Positions 26,939 to 39,649 are shown, counted from the whole stretch's first letter. The stretch is 61,509 nucleotides of DNA, filler included, from Choristocarpus tenellus KU-1152 (GCA_964200185.2; 11 parts of 11 records of this genome joined end to end with filler, not necessarily neighbours in it); one strand, 5' to 3'. Notes: generated by a model from the letters alone, not told the origin. Translations and numbers: made by a program.

Positions 26939-27060
26939 GATTGAAAGTATCTTAGAGGGTACGAGTTTTGCCCTGTTTGTCCATTTGGGGCTTGGCTTCC
27001 TATGGAGTACTTGTATGACATCTTCCTATTACAAATGTTTCGGAGTAGGTAAATGTGTAC
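26939..27060 (-). mobile_element. MITE family A, cut by contig end
   Basis: TGAAAGTATCTTAGAGGGTACGAG... matches family A. Confidence 0.8.
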
Positions 27061-28267
27061 NNNNNNNNNNNNNNNNNNNNNNNNNNNNNNNNNNNNNNNN
27101 NNNNTTAATTAATTAANNNNNNNNNNNNNNNNNNNNNNNNNNNNNNNNNNNNNNNNNNNNACCCCCCCCCCTCCCAGATACTTTGGGTCCCCTAACTGTT
27201 GTCTGTAAAATAAAAATAAAATAACTGTCTGAAGCATGCTCTTCAGAGGATACAATGTCATCCGCTAGACCTTCAACATGGCCGCATCATCACAACCTCG
27301 GGTCAGGAACTTGCAAGGTATAGTCCTGTGATTACAGGGTGTCACGTTAAGGTATTGAAGTGCCACTGCTTCCCTAAGACACTAGTCTTGCATGAGACAA
27401 AGTAGCAGTTGCCTTGGTGGAAGTACCTGTGGAATCTCAATAACTTGACACTTGAATACTCAATAGTACATACGTACACACACACACACTCACTGACTCC
27501 CTGACTCACGAACACACAATGTTCAATACTTTGATAAATGCCTTCCATTACACAAACTATGTATCAACAGCTGTTCAACAAACCTTTAGTCATTATTGAT
27601 TGAACACAAACCAAGTACAATCAAACAAAAGTGGCTCAACGATTCCACCAGTGGACGACAAGCAAAAAAACACAGTGCAGATGTGGAGCACATGAGCGTA
27701 ACTGCAATCTCAACCAACACACACAACACATATCACAGAATCTACCAAGAAAAAAAACAAACAGTACAATGCACTGAATACGCCTTTTTTTGGAGGCCTT
27801 TGGTTGTTGACGTAACAACAGCAGGGTGAGTTGAACAGGAAGAGGTTCCACCTTGTTCACTTCATTTCATTGAAGGGCATCAAGTCCTGTCACCAAATAC
27901 CTGAGTCCATAATTTATTATCATACCCAACTTGTGTCTACACAATTGGGTAACCTTCTCAATCCACTGGGTCTGCCATGGGTTACCGATGACAGCATAAG
28001 ACAAACACACCATACCATACAATTCTTGTAAATAAGAATACAGTTTGTAATGCTGACAAAACCCCAAACCCATTTCACCCCTGAAATAATCCAAGAAACA
28101 AGAGATCCCCCACCATTTCCAACAATCAAATACAACCACTCCAAAGTTCAGATCACAGCATAGCTAAGACATTACTACCACACACCTACACAACAAGGAA
28201 TAATGGCAGGAGGTACACATGTATGACCAAGGTGCACGGAATGGGAAGCACAATGTTCACCACCCAC

Positions 28268-30184
28268 CTGGGCTTCCACACGATCATCCATAATCTCCCT
28301 CTCCTTTAAAGGGTTCCGCCCAAGCTCTCTTCCACTGCCTAGGACAGCACCAACTAATGATCCCCTATAGGGCACATGGAGTACCTCATTCTTTCGCAGT
28401 ACCTGCTAGGAAACATACCCCCCCCAAAAAGATAGATACATAATACACACACAGACAAAACGTACATAGGTCAAGTGGGTGTAAAGACAACGGGGATCAA
28501 TCAAAGAACAAAAAAAAAATTGCAATCAAGAGCATGTACTATAAGTATGCACTTGAGAACGAGCAATAAGGTAAATGACAAGATTTTTTTTTGTCTATCT
28601 TGCAAGAGTAAAGAATATGAAATAACCAAGGGCAAAGGACTCAAACATCAATCGCAGGGAGGGGGATATAGAGCTCTAATTGTGGATGCACGCCATTCTT
28701 TTTCAGTGGGTGTGTACCACCATTACTGTCTTATAGTGCCCTATCGGGTGATAGAGCTCCAGCAGGGCTGAAGGTATTAGCAATACAAGGATTCAATTTC
28801 ATGTACCATTTTTTTTTGCAAGCTGCTGATTTTGCCAAAAGATTGGGGAGCGCCATAGTGGACTATTGTGATGTCTGTGGTTTGGTATGGCAGTGGTAGG
28901 AATACCACTGGCGAAATTAGCACAAATCCATTGTATACATGTTTCCTTTCACTGTTATCATACCACAGTGCTGACTAATCTGATCCCCTGCCAATATCCT
29001 TGATGCAGGAGTGGGTGACTAACGCATGTTGGGTATAGTAGATTTAAAAAAAACACCAAGTGTATCATAACAGCTAGGGAAGGTTTCAAGTGTTGATCCA
29101 AACAATCTATATGCACATATGGTGTACATTATGTGAAAGGTATGGGAGTGAGAGTATCTTAGAGGGAACAAGTTTTGCCCTGTTTATATCCATTTGGGGC
29201 TTGACTTCCCATGACGTATTTTTATGACATTTTCCTACTCCAAAATGTTTCGGAGTAGGTAAAATGTGTAAGTCATGAAAAGGTGTGTTTGGAAGAATCA
29301 AATTATCTGGGAGGGGGGGGGGGATCTACACCAGGGTGTTCATTTGGACCATAACCAGGAAAACTACACTTACATTATCCATCCGATGTATTCAACCAAA
29401 TCACACAAAAATCGCGACATAAGAAAATCGACCCGAAGTGGACAGTCGCCACCCCCCCCCCAGATACTTTGAGTCGAACAAGGATATTGACACTTCCTAA
29501 CAAATACAATAGCCAAAATTACATCAAAATCGCAACATTGGATTATGGCCCCCAAACGGAACGGGCCCTACCCTCTAAGATACTTTGGCTCATGGAATGT
29601 AGGGTGGATGGGCAGTGGTCAAAATTCATGGTGCAAGCACTGTACCACTTGGGTATTGGTATGTTTAGCCCACAAGAGGTATCATAGGCGGAAAAACAGA
29701 AGCTCACGAATCACCACTGCCAGGGAGACTTGCTGTTGTGCACTTGGGCACACTAGAGCAAGGCTTTGTGATGGTATGAGAGTCAGAGTGAAGACTAGAG
29801 TTTGGACGACAGAGGCAATTATACATAATATGCAATGGAATAGTATTATGATGGCTACTATTGCAAAACAGCCAAGAGCTTTTCGCATACTCCTGAGTAC
29901 AAATACCCATTATTCAAACAAATCCTAGAAAAAAAAATTGAGTTGCCCCTTTGTCATCCCCCACGTAAGATGGCCCAATCACATCTTAGCCCACCTTGCT
30001 CCCCTCCGGAGTGACAGGTCTGTATGACCCATCAATCACAGCCTTGCAGCCCCCGCTTACTAGACGCATGGCCTCCGTCTCCCCAACCTCGTTGGACTGT
30101 GAGCACAAGAAGGCCACATCGCAGGGAACGTTGAGGACAGACTCTGGTTCGTTGTACTTTGCACTTTTTGATGCCACAATGTAT
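28268..30184 (-). CDS. Divergent NADP-glutamate dehydrogenase-like protein, C-terminal domain exons (29995-30184, 28268-28402)
   Basis: AKYNEPESVLNVPCDVAFLCSQSNEVGETEAMRLVSGGCKAVIDGSYRPVTPEGSK|VLRKNEVLHVPYRGSLVGAVLGSGRELGRN is collinear with GdhA (PVDIALPCATQNEL...LIANGVKAVAEGANMPTT...GVLFAPGKAANAGGVATSGLEMAQN). Exons are in phase with GT-AG boundaries. Confidence 0.8.
29146..29591 (-). mobile_element. MITE family A (TSD ATGG) carrying a nested family B MITE at 29295-29475 (TSD GAA)
   Basis: Family A internal ggaacaagg is split into ggaa[B]gaacaagg. Outer flanks are ATGG/ATGG. Confidence 0.9.
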
Positions 30185-31647
30185 CTGCTCATTATATCGA
30201 CAAAAAGTGTGATGGCGATGGTGGGGGGGAGGGGAGGTTGGACCGTTCCTTTATGTGCAACAAGCATTGCCACCTTCTCGCCAGGATGTTCCCGCTATTT
30301 TGAAAGCACCAACATAGTATTCGTAGGGAGACTATAGACAGGCAATGCCTCCTGTTTGAATCTATGCTCGACCACTACCAAAAAAGTATTCCGTTTAATA
30401 TTTGGAACATAGACTTTGTCAAGAAGGACAGCCCTTACACTGGTCTGCGGACAAGTTGTGTGGGGGGTGCGATATGATAGATACGTCAGTTTGCCTGGAA
30501 CACATAGATTTATAATGCCATTGAGGGAGAACAGAGCAGCGCTACAGGCTCAACATATCTGGGGGAGGGGGGTGGGGTCTAAACCAGGGTGTCCTTTTAG
30601 GCCCTAACCAGGAGGNNNNNNNNNNNNNNNNNNNNNNNNNNNNNNNNNNNNNNNNNNNNTTAATTAATTAANNNNNNNNNNNNNNNNNNNNNNNNNNNNN
30701 NNNNNNNNNNNNNNNTTTGGTTCGCGTGTGTCATTTTAAAATTGACGCAAAAAAAAAGAATTTTTTGCTGCAAACGGACGCCCCCCTACACCCCCCCCCC
30801 CCCCCCCCCCAGATACTGTGAGTCTTTTCTTGAGGTGATGTATTGTCTTCGACCAGAGGTCCAAGCCAAGCATGTTGTCTCTTTCATCATATTTCTCCAT
30901 GACAATATCTATCTCCAAAACACTGTTACAGGCACGCTCCATAAGCTTACCTCCACCAGATGTGTACCTCCAATCGACAGACCTATAAATGACGACTATG
31001 CTCGTACAAGGCTCCCAGGATGCTCTCACAGCCAAAGGAGTCCAATCCACAGGTTAACGAACGTCAGCTCAGCAGAAAAGGTGTACTTTTAATGAATCAG
31101 TCAGCAGATGAAAAAAATGCGTATGATATCAGTAAAAGTGATCTCTGTGTGTGTAACTCGAGAAGAGGCATTCGGAGCCATTTTTAGGGTCTCTAACGAT
31201 CATTTATCATTGGGGCTTCTTTGGTTTACAGATATTGAAATATATCTGAGAACCCTTTGCGACCTTTCCACCTGGGGACCCTTGCGACTTGCCCTGAGTT
31301 ACAGATTTTATGATGCAACTTTTTAGCAAATCGGAGTTCCCCCTTTTGGGGTTTCCCATGCGTGTACACCGCTCGCGCCGGTTAAAGCGCGGGAAAAAAT
31401 AATCGCGCTACTCTCCTGTAACAATACTACGATCGATCGTCATTACACCATGCATGGAACTTATGTAGACTAACGAATCAAACCCATCAATAAAATAGCA
31501 ATCAGTACGACACCAATGAATCAAGGGCACAAGGCAAAGAAGTAAACATATGCCCCTACGGCAACAAGACCGATTGATCGAGTGTGAGTTGGGTTGTGCT
31601 TCGCAGTACTAAAGAAGATGAACAGGCGAGATACGAAAAGTACAAAA

Positions 31648-31719
31648 CGACCTCGCCGGGAATCGAACCCGGATCTCGCCCGTGACAGGGGCGAATGCTA
31701 ACCATTATACCACGAAGCC
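31648..31719 (-). tRNA. tRNA-Asp(GTC)
   Basis: Exact reverse complement of 36106-36177. Full cloverleaf with a TTTT Pol III terminator immediately 3'. Confidence 0.95.
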
Positions 31720-32874
31720 ATTACATGAGTACATAAAAACCTCCTGTCCAAACCTCTACACCACCTTAAGCCGTCATCGACAAAACACAGAAGATTAGCG
31801 TATTTTCTGTGTGCTAGTAATTCTTGCAGAAGTCCATATGAACCGTGCCATTCCGTGGCGGCGTGGTTCACTCAGGCAAAGGCGGTGAAGAGAATCGCCG
31901 CGTAAAACGGACCGGACGGAACCAAGACGAACCGTAACCAAGAGAACCAGGTTGACCTTGGACCAGTGCAAGACTGCCTGTTCAAAATTGTGGAGACCGA
32001 CAGACTGAGGATCAGGTGAGAGAGGATCACCAGAAGTGTCAAGACCCGAGAACGAAGTGAATCCTTCATGTCTGACAACTCTGAATGAAGAGCAGTCCCA
32101 TATCTGTGGAACTGGTATCTTGAAGAGATTCCATCGATTCATTCTCACAGAAGATCCTCCGCTGGAAACAGGGATTCTTGATAGGGAACATCAGTCGGTA
32201 TCACCGTATATGGAATACGGCAATAACGATATAACAACAGACAAACCTGCTCTCCCATCACCCCCCCCTTCGGATCGGCCTTGAAGCCATGTAAACATGA
32301 TTCAAGGTCAGTCAAAAAGTTAGCTCTGGCAGCGAAATGGGAGACACGTGTGACTGTTAGTATATTATTGCGCCATTATATTACACGACTCCCTTCAAAC
32401 AAAATGAAGTGTAATATATATAAACGAGGCATTAATGAATGTCTGATCAGGATATCATTAGCCTAAGTTTGATAGTATGTGGTCAGCATGCCAATCAAGT
32501 TCATGAGGTCGGAGAGTATGGGATCAGCATATCAATCATCCTAAAGACGAGGCGACAGGGGTATCTGGCCAGCGTATAGGTCTCGTGTATCTTGTATAAA
32601 ACAGAGGATAATCAGAATGGGGATACTAGGAGAAAACGCCATACAATGTCAATGATCGGTTCGACTAGCGTTTGTGATCCGACATTGCTATATACAAGTG
32701 TTATGGCATGATTTTGATCACCACTAACGACAACAGTTACTTTTAAAGGGATTTTTCTGACATGTGAATAGTTTTCATTGTTCTCCCCCCTACCAGATCT
32801 CCAAAATGTCAGAGGGCATAAGAATAAAAATGATGCAATAAACGATATGATACAGTAATTTTTCTGACATTTGA

Positions 32875-33060
32875 AACCCAAAGTTTCTGGTCGGGGGAGG
32901 GGGGAGGGGATCTACACCAGGGTGTCCATTTGGGTGAAAACCAGGAAAAGTGCACTTCATTACCCGTCCGACATATAGAACCAAATCACCCCAAAATCGC
33001 GACATGAAAAAATTGACCCCAAATGTACAGCCACAATCCCCCCCCCAGATACTTTGAGCC
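32875..33060. mobile_element. MITE family B, TSD TGA (further B copies/fragments: 27161-27189, 30547-30615, 38490-38663, 54060-54227, 58027-58083, 60045-60151, 61414-61509)
   Basis: Ends CCCCCAGATACTTTGAGCC. Internal aaaatcgcgacatgaaaaaattgaccccaaatg is shared among copies. Confidence 0.85.
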
Positions 33061-33154
33061 TGAATAACTTCGTTTTGCTCACGAATTCTTGTTTTTTTGT
33101 AATTCTATGTTTGCATTCCACTCTTTTCCCTCCTCTCCATTGTACAACCGCTTG

Positions 33155-34020
33155 TGACCAACCAGTGTGACCTCTTCGCAGCTGATTTCCAGTCACCCGC
33201 AACACCCAATGACCAACCAGTACAACCCCTTCGCCACTGATTTCCAATCACTCCCCACACCTGATGACCAACCAGTGCAACCCCTTTTGCCACTGAATTC
33301 CAGACAACGCCCACCTCTCATGACCAATCAGTGCCAACCCCCTTCGCCACTGATTTCCAGTCACCCCCCACATCCGATGACCAACCAGTGCGACCCCTTC
33401 GTCATTGCTTTCCAATCACTCCCCACACCCGATGACCAACAAGTGCAAACTCCCTTTTCCACTGATTTCCAGTCACCTCCCCCATGTGATGACCAACTAA
33501 TGCAAACCCCCTTTTCCGCTGATTTCCAATCATCCCCCCCATTCGATGACCAACCAGTGCAACCCTTTCGCCAGTGATTTCCAGTCACCCCACCCCCGAG
33601 ATGACCAACGAGCCAAAGTATCTTAGAGGGTACAGCCTGGTCCATTTGGGGCCAAAGTCCAATGTTGCAATTTTGATGTAATTTTGGCTCTTGTGTGTGT
33701 TAGGAAGTGTCAATGTCGATGTTCTGGACACACCTTCTAATAACATACACATTTTACACACTCCGAAACATTTTGGAGTAGGAAAATGTCATTAAAAAAC
33801 CCATGGGAAGCCAAGATTCAAATGGACAAACAGGGCAAAAATCGTACCCTCTAAGATACTTTCACTCCAACCAATGCAAACACCCTTTTCCACTGATTTC
33901 CAGTAACCCCCCATATCCGATGACCTACCTGTCCGACCCCTTCGCCACTGATTTCCAGTAACCCCCCATATCCGATGTCCTACCTGTCCGACCCCTTCGC
34001 CACTGATTTCCAGTCACCAC
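33155..34020. repeat. ~55-57-bp minisatellite (~11 units) interrupted by a MITE
   Basis: Unit ~ cactgatttccagtcacccccacacccgatgaccaaccagtgcaaccccttcgc. Confidence 0.9.
33610..33867 (+). mobile_element. MITE family A, TSD CAAC
   Basis: Complete TIRs. Neighbouring repeat units provide the empty site. Confidence 0.9.
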
Positions 34021-34227
34021 CCCACCCTTCAACCCCACTCAACCCCACACCGTTTACTACTCTCTTCAACAACACACCAGATATCACTCTACTCAACCCC
34101 ACACCACTTACCACTCCACTACACCATTCGACACCATTCAACCCTGCACCACTTAACGCTCCCCCATACCACTTATCACTCTCCCATACTACTCCACACC
34201 ACTACATAATCATCCAAGAACACCCCT

Positions 34228-35099
34228 TCATCATCTGTTTCAGGCGAATAGCACGAGCATTTCTTCTTGTGTTCCAACGAAGTGTGAGCATTTGTTTTTT
34301 GTGAATAGCGCGTGCATTTCTTCTCATCATGTTTTAGCAAATACGAACATTTCTGACAGATGTATAGGAGTGAAAGTATCTTAGAGGGTGCGAGTTTCGC
34401 CCTGTTTGTCCATTTGGGGCTTGGCTTCCCAAGGGTTTTTTGTGATATTTTTCCTACTCTGAAATGTTTCGGAGTAGGTAATATGTGTATGTTATGAAAT
34501 GGTGTGTCCGGAACAAGGATACTGACACTTCCTAACAAATGCGACGGATAAAATTACATGGAAATCGTAACATTGGATTTCGGTCCCCGAATGGACGCGG
34601 CCCTACCCTCTAAGATACTTTGACTCAATGCGAGGATTTTTCTCGCGTTCTAACAAGTGGGAACAATATACGATATTAGTAACACATAGATAGCCTTACA
34701 GAATAAATTATGATTTTATATAAGATGAGTAAGATTTGGAATGCATACGTAGCATTACGGAAGAAAATGTCAAAGTCCCTAAGAACTTGCAGAAGAAAAG
34801 TTTATGATTGTGGTACGTGTAGAGCAGCTGTATACAAGACCAAATTGGGTGGATGATGAAATAATAAGAGGACTTTTGGTGAAACACCTTGACCGCTGTT
34901 ACCTACCGGTCTTTATCTTTATCTTGAACGAAATTTTGAGTCGAGCTTTGAGCTAAGCACTGAGTGGAATACCAAGAAGAGAAGGACACCTGACACCCTA
35001 CAAACTGTTATCGAGAGCAACGCCCCCATAGCGTCGTTTTAAGGTCGTTGGATTTGAGTTGCACATCCTGTGTAGGTGAGTTCTGAGGGGCGACTGTAA
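34228..35099 (+). repeat. Diverged direct repeat of 36383-36986 (tRNA-Asp downstream region)
   Basis: Collinear similarity from atctgtt(t/a)caggcgaatagc to gtaggtgagttctgaggggcg..tgtaa. This copy carries an extra MITE. Confidence 0.9.
34368..34626 (-). mobile_element. MITE family A
   Basis: Complete TIRs. Absent from the paralogous site near 36520. Confidence 0.9.
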
Positions 35100-35447
35100 C
35101 ACATCCACTTTATACCGTTCCTTTGAACTAGAAGATATCTAACCCACCCGAACTTGACCTCCTCTTCTTTTACCCAGCATCCCAATCGGTCGTGAGCAAG
35201 TGAAAGTGTGGGTGGGCGGGAGAGCTTGCTCGGAGGTTGTCTTGTTGTAGTCCTCCTCGTGCTGTACCATCAGCCCTAGGTTTTCTTTAAATGCTGACCA
35301 TTCCTTCTTTCCATGTGCCTCCACCTACCCCCATTTCTTGAACTTCTCTCCTACCCCTTTTGCCTCCTAGCCACTAAGGGCTTAACTCTTCTTTCACCCC
35401 TTTTTCTTTTTCCTTCCTCACCCCTTCCTTGTACCACGTTTCTAACA
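35095..35447 (+). mobile_element. Possible LTR (TGTAAC...CTAACA) after a PPT-like tract
   Basis: TG...CA ends, preceded by purine-rich tgaggggcg. No TSD found. Confidence 0.3.
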
Positions 35448-35472
35448 GGATTTTCCCGTCCACAAAACACAG

Positions 35473-35720
35473 GTGTGAAAGTATCTTAGAGTGTACGAGT
35501 TTTGCCCTGTTTGTCCGTTTGGAGCTTGACTTCCCATGTTTTTTGATGACATTTACCTACCCAAAATATATATCGGAGTAGATAAAATGTGTACGTTTTG
35601 AAAAGGTGTGTCCGGAACAAGGATATTGACACTTCCTAACAAACACGATAGACAAAATTACATCGAAATCACAACATTGGATTTTGGCCCCCATATGGAC
35701 GCGACTGTATACTTTGGCTC
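35473..35720 (-). mobile_element. MITE family A, TSD ACAG
   Basis: GTGTGAAAGTATCTTAGAG...ATACTTTGGCTC, flanked by ACAG/ACAG. Confidence 0.85.
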
Positions 35721-35724
35721 ACAG

Positions 35725-36025
35725 ATTACTTCATAAACTTTCCCCTTTCATTGTATTCTCCCTTGATACACCTCCAAAATGTCAGAGGGGATAATAATGT
35801 TGTATATGATACAGTGAACATACCTCCAAAATTTGAGAGGGCATAATAATGAAACATGGTACAGTAAAGGTGAAGAATTCTACCATTAATTAGTACTACT
35901 TGTTGACCTTTGAAACTATTAATAACAAACGAAAAATGTGGGCAAAATAATATGATAATATTTTTCATTGTTTTTTCCTCTGACACATCTCCAAAATGTG
36001 AGATGACGTAATGATGAAAATATAC
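35725..36025. repeat. Dispersed repeat with iterated ctccaaaatgtcagaggg motif (related at ~9040-9130, 32730-32870, 58585-58655)
   Basis: Motif recurs on both strands in several contigs. Confidence 0.6.
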
Positions 36026-36105
36026 TTTTTCTTCTGTGTTTTGTCGATAACGACGTTAACATAGGGTAGACGTTTGGAAATAGACGGAGCGTTTATCCAT
36101 GTAAT

Positions 36106-36177
36106 GGCTTCGTGGTATAATGGTTAGCATTCGCCCCTGTCACGGGCGAGATCCGGGTTCGATTCCCGGCGAGGTCG
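36106..36177 (+). tRNA. tRNA-Asp(GTC)
   Basis: GGCTTCG/CGAGGTC acceptor stem, CGCCC-CTGTCAC-GGGCG anticodon arm, GGTTCGATTCC B box, followed by TTTT. Confidence 0.95.
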
Positions 36178-37371
36178 TTTTGTACTTTTCGTATCTCGCC
36201 TCTTCATCTTCTTTAGTATCACGAAGCAACCAACTCACACTCGATTAACCAGTTTTTTTGCCATAGGGGCATTTTTGCTTCCTTACCTTGCCTGCAACCT
36301 TGACTGATTGGTGTCGTACTGATTGATATTTTATTGATGGGTTTGATTCATTAATCTACATTAGTTCCATCCATGGTGCAATGATGATCTGTTACAGGCG
36401 AATAGCGCGAGCGTTTCTTCTTGTATTCCAACCAAGCGGGGAGCATTTATTACACGCGAATAGCGTGAGCATTTTCTCCTCATGTTTTAGGAAATACGAA
36501 CATTTGTCACAGACGTATAGTGTGAGGATTGTTTCTCGAGTTCTGACAAGTACCAACTATATACGATATTAGTAACACATAGGTAGCCTTACAGAATAAA
36601 TTATGATTTCATAGAAGATGCAGAGTAAGATTCGGAATACCTCCGTAACATTACAGAAGAAAATGTCAAAGTCACTAAGAAGTTGAAGAAAAAAGGTTTA
36701 TGATTGGAGTACCTATAGAGCAGTTGATAGAAGACCAAAGAAATTGGGTGGATGATGAAAATAATAAGAGGACTTTTTGTGGAACATTTTTACCCTTATG
36801 CCAGTCTTATCTTTTGAATGAAAAATTGAGTCAAGCTTTGAGGTAAGCACTGAGTGGAATATCAAGAGAAGGCTATCTGACACCCTACAAACCATTGTAA
36901 AAGGCAACGCCCCTATAGCATCGCTATAAGGTCGTTGGATTTGAGCTGTACATCCTATGGAGGTGAGTTCTGAGGGGCGCCTGTAATATGGAGGTCCTAC
37001 CGCCTCTCTTGAAACTGGGGGGAATACTCATAGTTCACGTCAACACTTAGGATTCTTTGTAGCTTCCTACGCCCGCCTGGAATTTTTTTTTCCCATTTGA
37101 GCTTGTGATCTTCATTCGTCGTCTACGGGATTCCCTTCTTGGGCTCGTCGTCTTAATGGGTCTGAGGGCTTCTGTAGCTCTGAGGGAATCGCCCTTCTAT
37201 AGCCGTAAACCCAATGGCCTCTGATCGCTTCATACTCGCCTATAGTCATAAAAAGAGTGGTCTTTGACCACCATGGTCGAGACGTTGCCTAGGTAGTCAA
37301 TCATTCTGCGTTCCTTTACTCAAACCTTTCTGTTCTCTTTTGGTCGCCATCTTGCCCTCTACCCCCCAGGT

Positions 37372-38340
37372 TCACAGACATATCTGGATCACAGTATTTG
37401 CGAGAAGCTGAGGTCGCCTCCGACCTACAGACCCTCCAAGGAATCGATGATTCCGAGAGACTCCAGCCCAGTACCTCAACTCAAGGCAATTCTGGTAAGA
37501 GCCGTGTCCACGCTGCTGAACGTCGAGGCAGGCGCAGAGAGTGCGTTCGTTTTCGGTCTTCCACTCGTGGCAGACCCCGCTCCAGGTCGAGATCCCGCCA
37601 CAGGCGCTCTCATTGACACAGACAGAGGACCAGAGAAGAATGCAGAGGTCGCACCCGTTCATCGAGTCGTCACCGTCGGACCAGTGATTATTATTCTTCA
37701 CACAGGTCAGTATCACCCAGACCATCTCGAAGGAATAGCCTGAGTACGGTGCGTCGGCCCAGAGAGGTTGAGGCAGTGTTGCGAAGAGAAAATCATGAGT
37801 TGCGTACACGAGCCTCGTCGCATGAGTCACGACCCGATAGGCAGGAGCGCAACCTCGACATGTGTTATCACCAAGATTTTGTTAAAACCATGGAATGCAT
37901 TCATAAGAAACTCGGAGACCCTGCCAATGGCCCCGTCTCTTTCTTGGTCTCTTTCTTGGTGTCTTTCTTGGAGTACCTGCAGATAGCTCCGCCCCAACCA
38001 TGTCAAACAACCCCGTTTTTTTCGCTGACGCTCTTACCAAGGCCTTAGGGAGGGTTCAAGGAGGATCATGGGCCCTACCCAAAGATCGTGTCCACTGTCG
38101 TAATACATCACGTCCACATAGAGATGCCCTTACCCCTTTCCGCATAAAGCTTCTTGAGCAACTACTGTCTGACTCTCTTAAGACCCACAGTGATCTCCTA
38201 AGCGACTCATCTACAGTGGAAGTCCCGAATGTCACCGGACACCTCCTTCGGGTTCCTCGGGAAGACATGACAGCGACCGAGTGGGTCCGTATCCTGGTGA
38301 GAGAGAATGCACCCTTTCGTATAGTCAGTCAAAAAATGCC
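37372..38340 (+). pseudogene. Broken intronless reading frame with RS-rich region; possible retroelement Gag/ORF1 remnant
   Basis: Overlapping ORFs 37398-37616, 37749-38048 and 38000-38340 chain through frameshifts. Lies downstream of an LTR-like start at 36982. No diagnostic motif seen. Confidence 0.3.
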
Positions 38341-39649
38341 NNNNNNNNNNNNNNNNNNNNNNNNNNNNNNNNNNNNNNNNNNNNTTAATTAATTAANNNN
38401 NNNNNNNNNNNNNNNNNNNNNNNNNNNNNNNNNNNNNNNNCTGTGGGTTCTTAATGTATCAATGTGATATGCATGGATTTTGCTTGTGGCTCGGGGGGGG
38501 GCGGGGGGGTAGTTCTACAACAGGGTGTCCATTTGGGGTAAAATCAGGGAAAATGCATTTACATTATCCATCCGACGTATGCAACCAAATCATCCAAAAA
38601 TCGCGACATGATAAAAATGACCCCAAATGGACAGCCGCCACCCCCCCCCCAGATACTTTGAGCCACAGAGAAATCAACGCTCTAAAGTTAATCTTAGCAC
38701 TTCATCCGTAGAAACACGGGTGAATTGTAAAAGATTGAAAAAAAAGAAGTGGCCTACTGTGCAAAACGGCCGAAACCTGGGTACCCCTCATTTATTTCGG
38801 CTAAATATATTAGGGGGCTTTGCAATGACCGGCCACATGGCTCTAATACTGGGAACTCATCTGTTTGAGTTCTTCCTGCTCCAAGTTTTGACGTTTGTGA
38901 ACACCTTTAACCCTTGCTTGTATTCTAACACATTGCAGGGTACACCCCATGCATTACTACTACTCAAGAGTCGTTTTTTTCCAACGCAGTCAACATGTGT
39001 ACCACTTCGGACTAGCCATCAGTGCCCAAAGGTCCCTTATCCATCCACCCTTTCAAAGACTTTGCTCCCGAGTATATAATTTCGACAGGATGGGTCCTGC
39101 AAAACACGATTTTGCATCAGCTCTGTGCTGATCCATCAGCACATCAAAAAGGTTCCAACATTTTCTAGTGTACTCCTGGCAGGGTCTCTCCAACGAAGTG
39201 CAGGTATGTGTACTGACCGTGGTGTTTCAACAGGATAGGTTCTGTAAACTCACCTTGGCATCAGTCCCGTACTGCTCCAGGAGCACACCGCAAGGGCCAC
39301 ATGTCTTCAACTTTACTCCTGCCAAGGTATCTTCAACGAAATCAATCCCACTTTCCTTTTCAGCAAATTATTGTGAGACAAGGAGCATAAAGTTGATGAG
39401 AGACGTTTGAAAAGTCAACTCCTAAGTGGTATTTGTCATCTGGTGTATAGGTACTAGAATAGTACTAGTGTGTGGCTGGAGGGTTTGGAATGCACCAACG
39501 TGAGCTAGGATGCTGGTGCCATTTTACCAGTCTGGGATTAGTTCACCGATTCAATGCTGGCAAATGCATTGAGCTGACTGCAGTGGCAGCTTGTGACCAG
39601 AACACCTACATCTTAGACAGTGCAACCACTTGATATTACACGAGGCTGT

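Noticed and set aside
27342-27548. MEGIYQSIE as the next GDH exon
   Set aside because: No suitable acceptor directly upstream, and it runs into a (TG)n tract without GANIAGF-like sequence.
33155-34020. CRISPR-like array or repeat-protein ORF (33167-33577)
   Set aside because: Whole units are homologous with no unique spacers, unit length is not a constant multiple of 3, the context is eukaryotic and there are no cas genes.
34176-34538. Recurrent ORFs with PTPKHFG...PSKILSL or KVSGGG peptides (also 16505, 29107, 40539, 60849)
   Set aside because: Chance translations of MITE families A and B, not a protein family.
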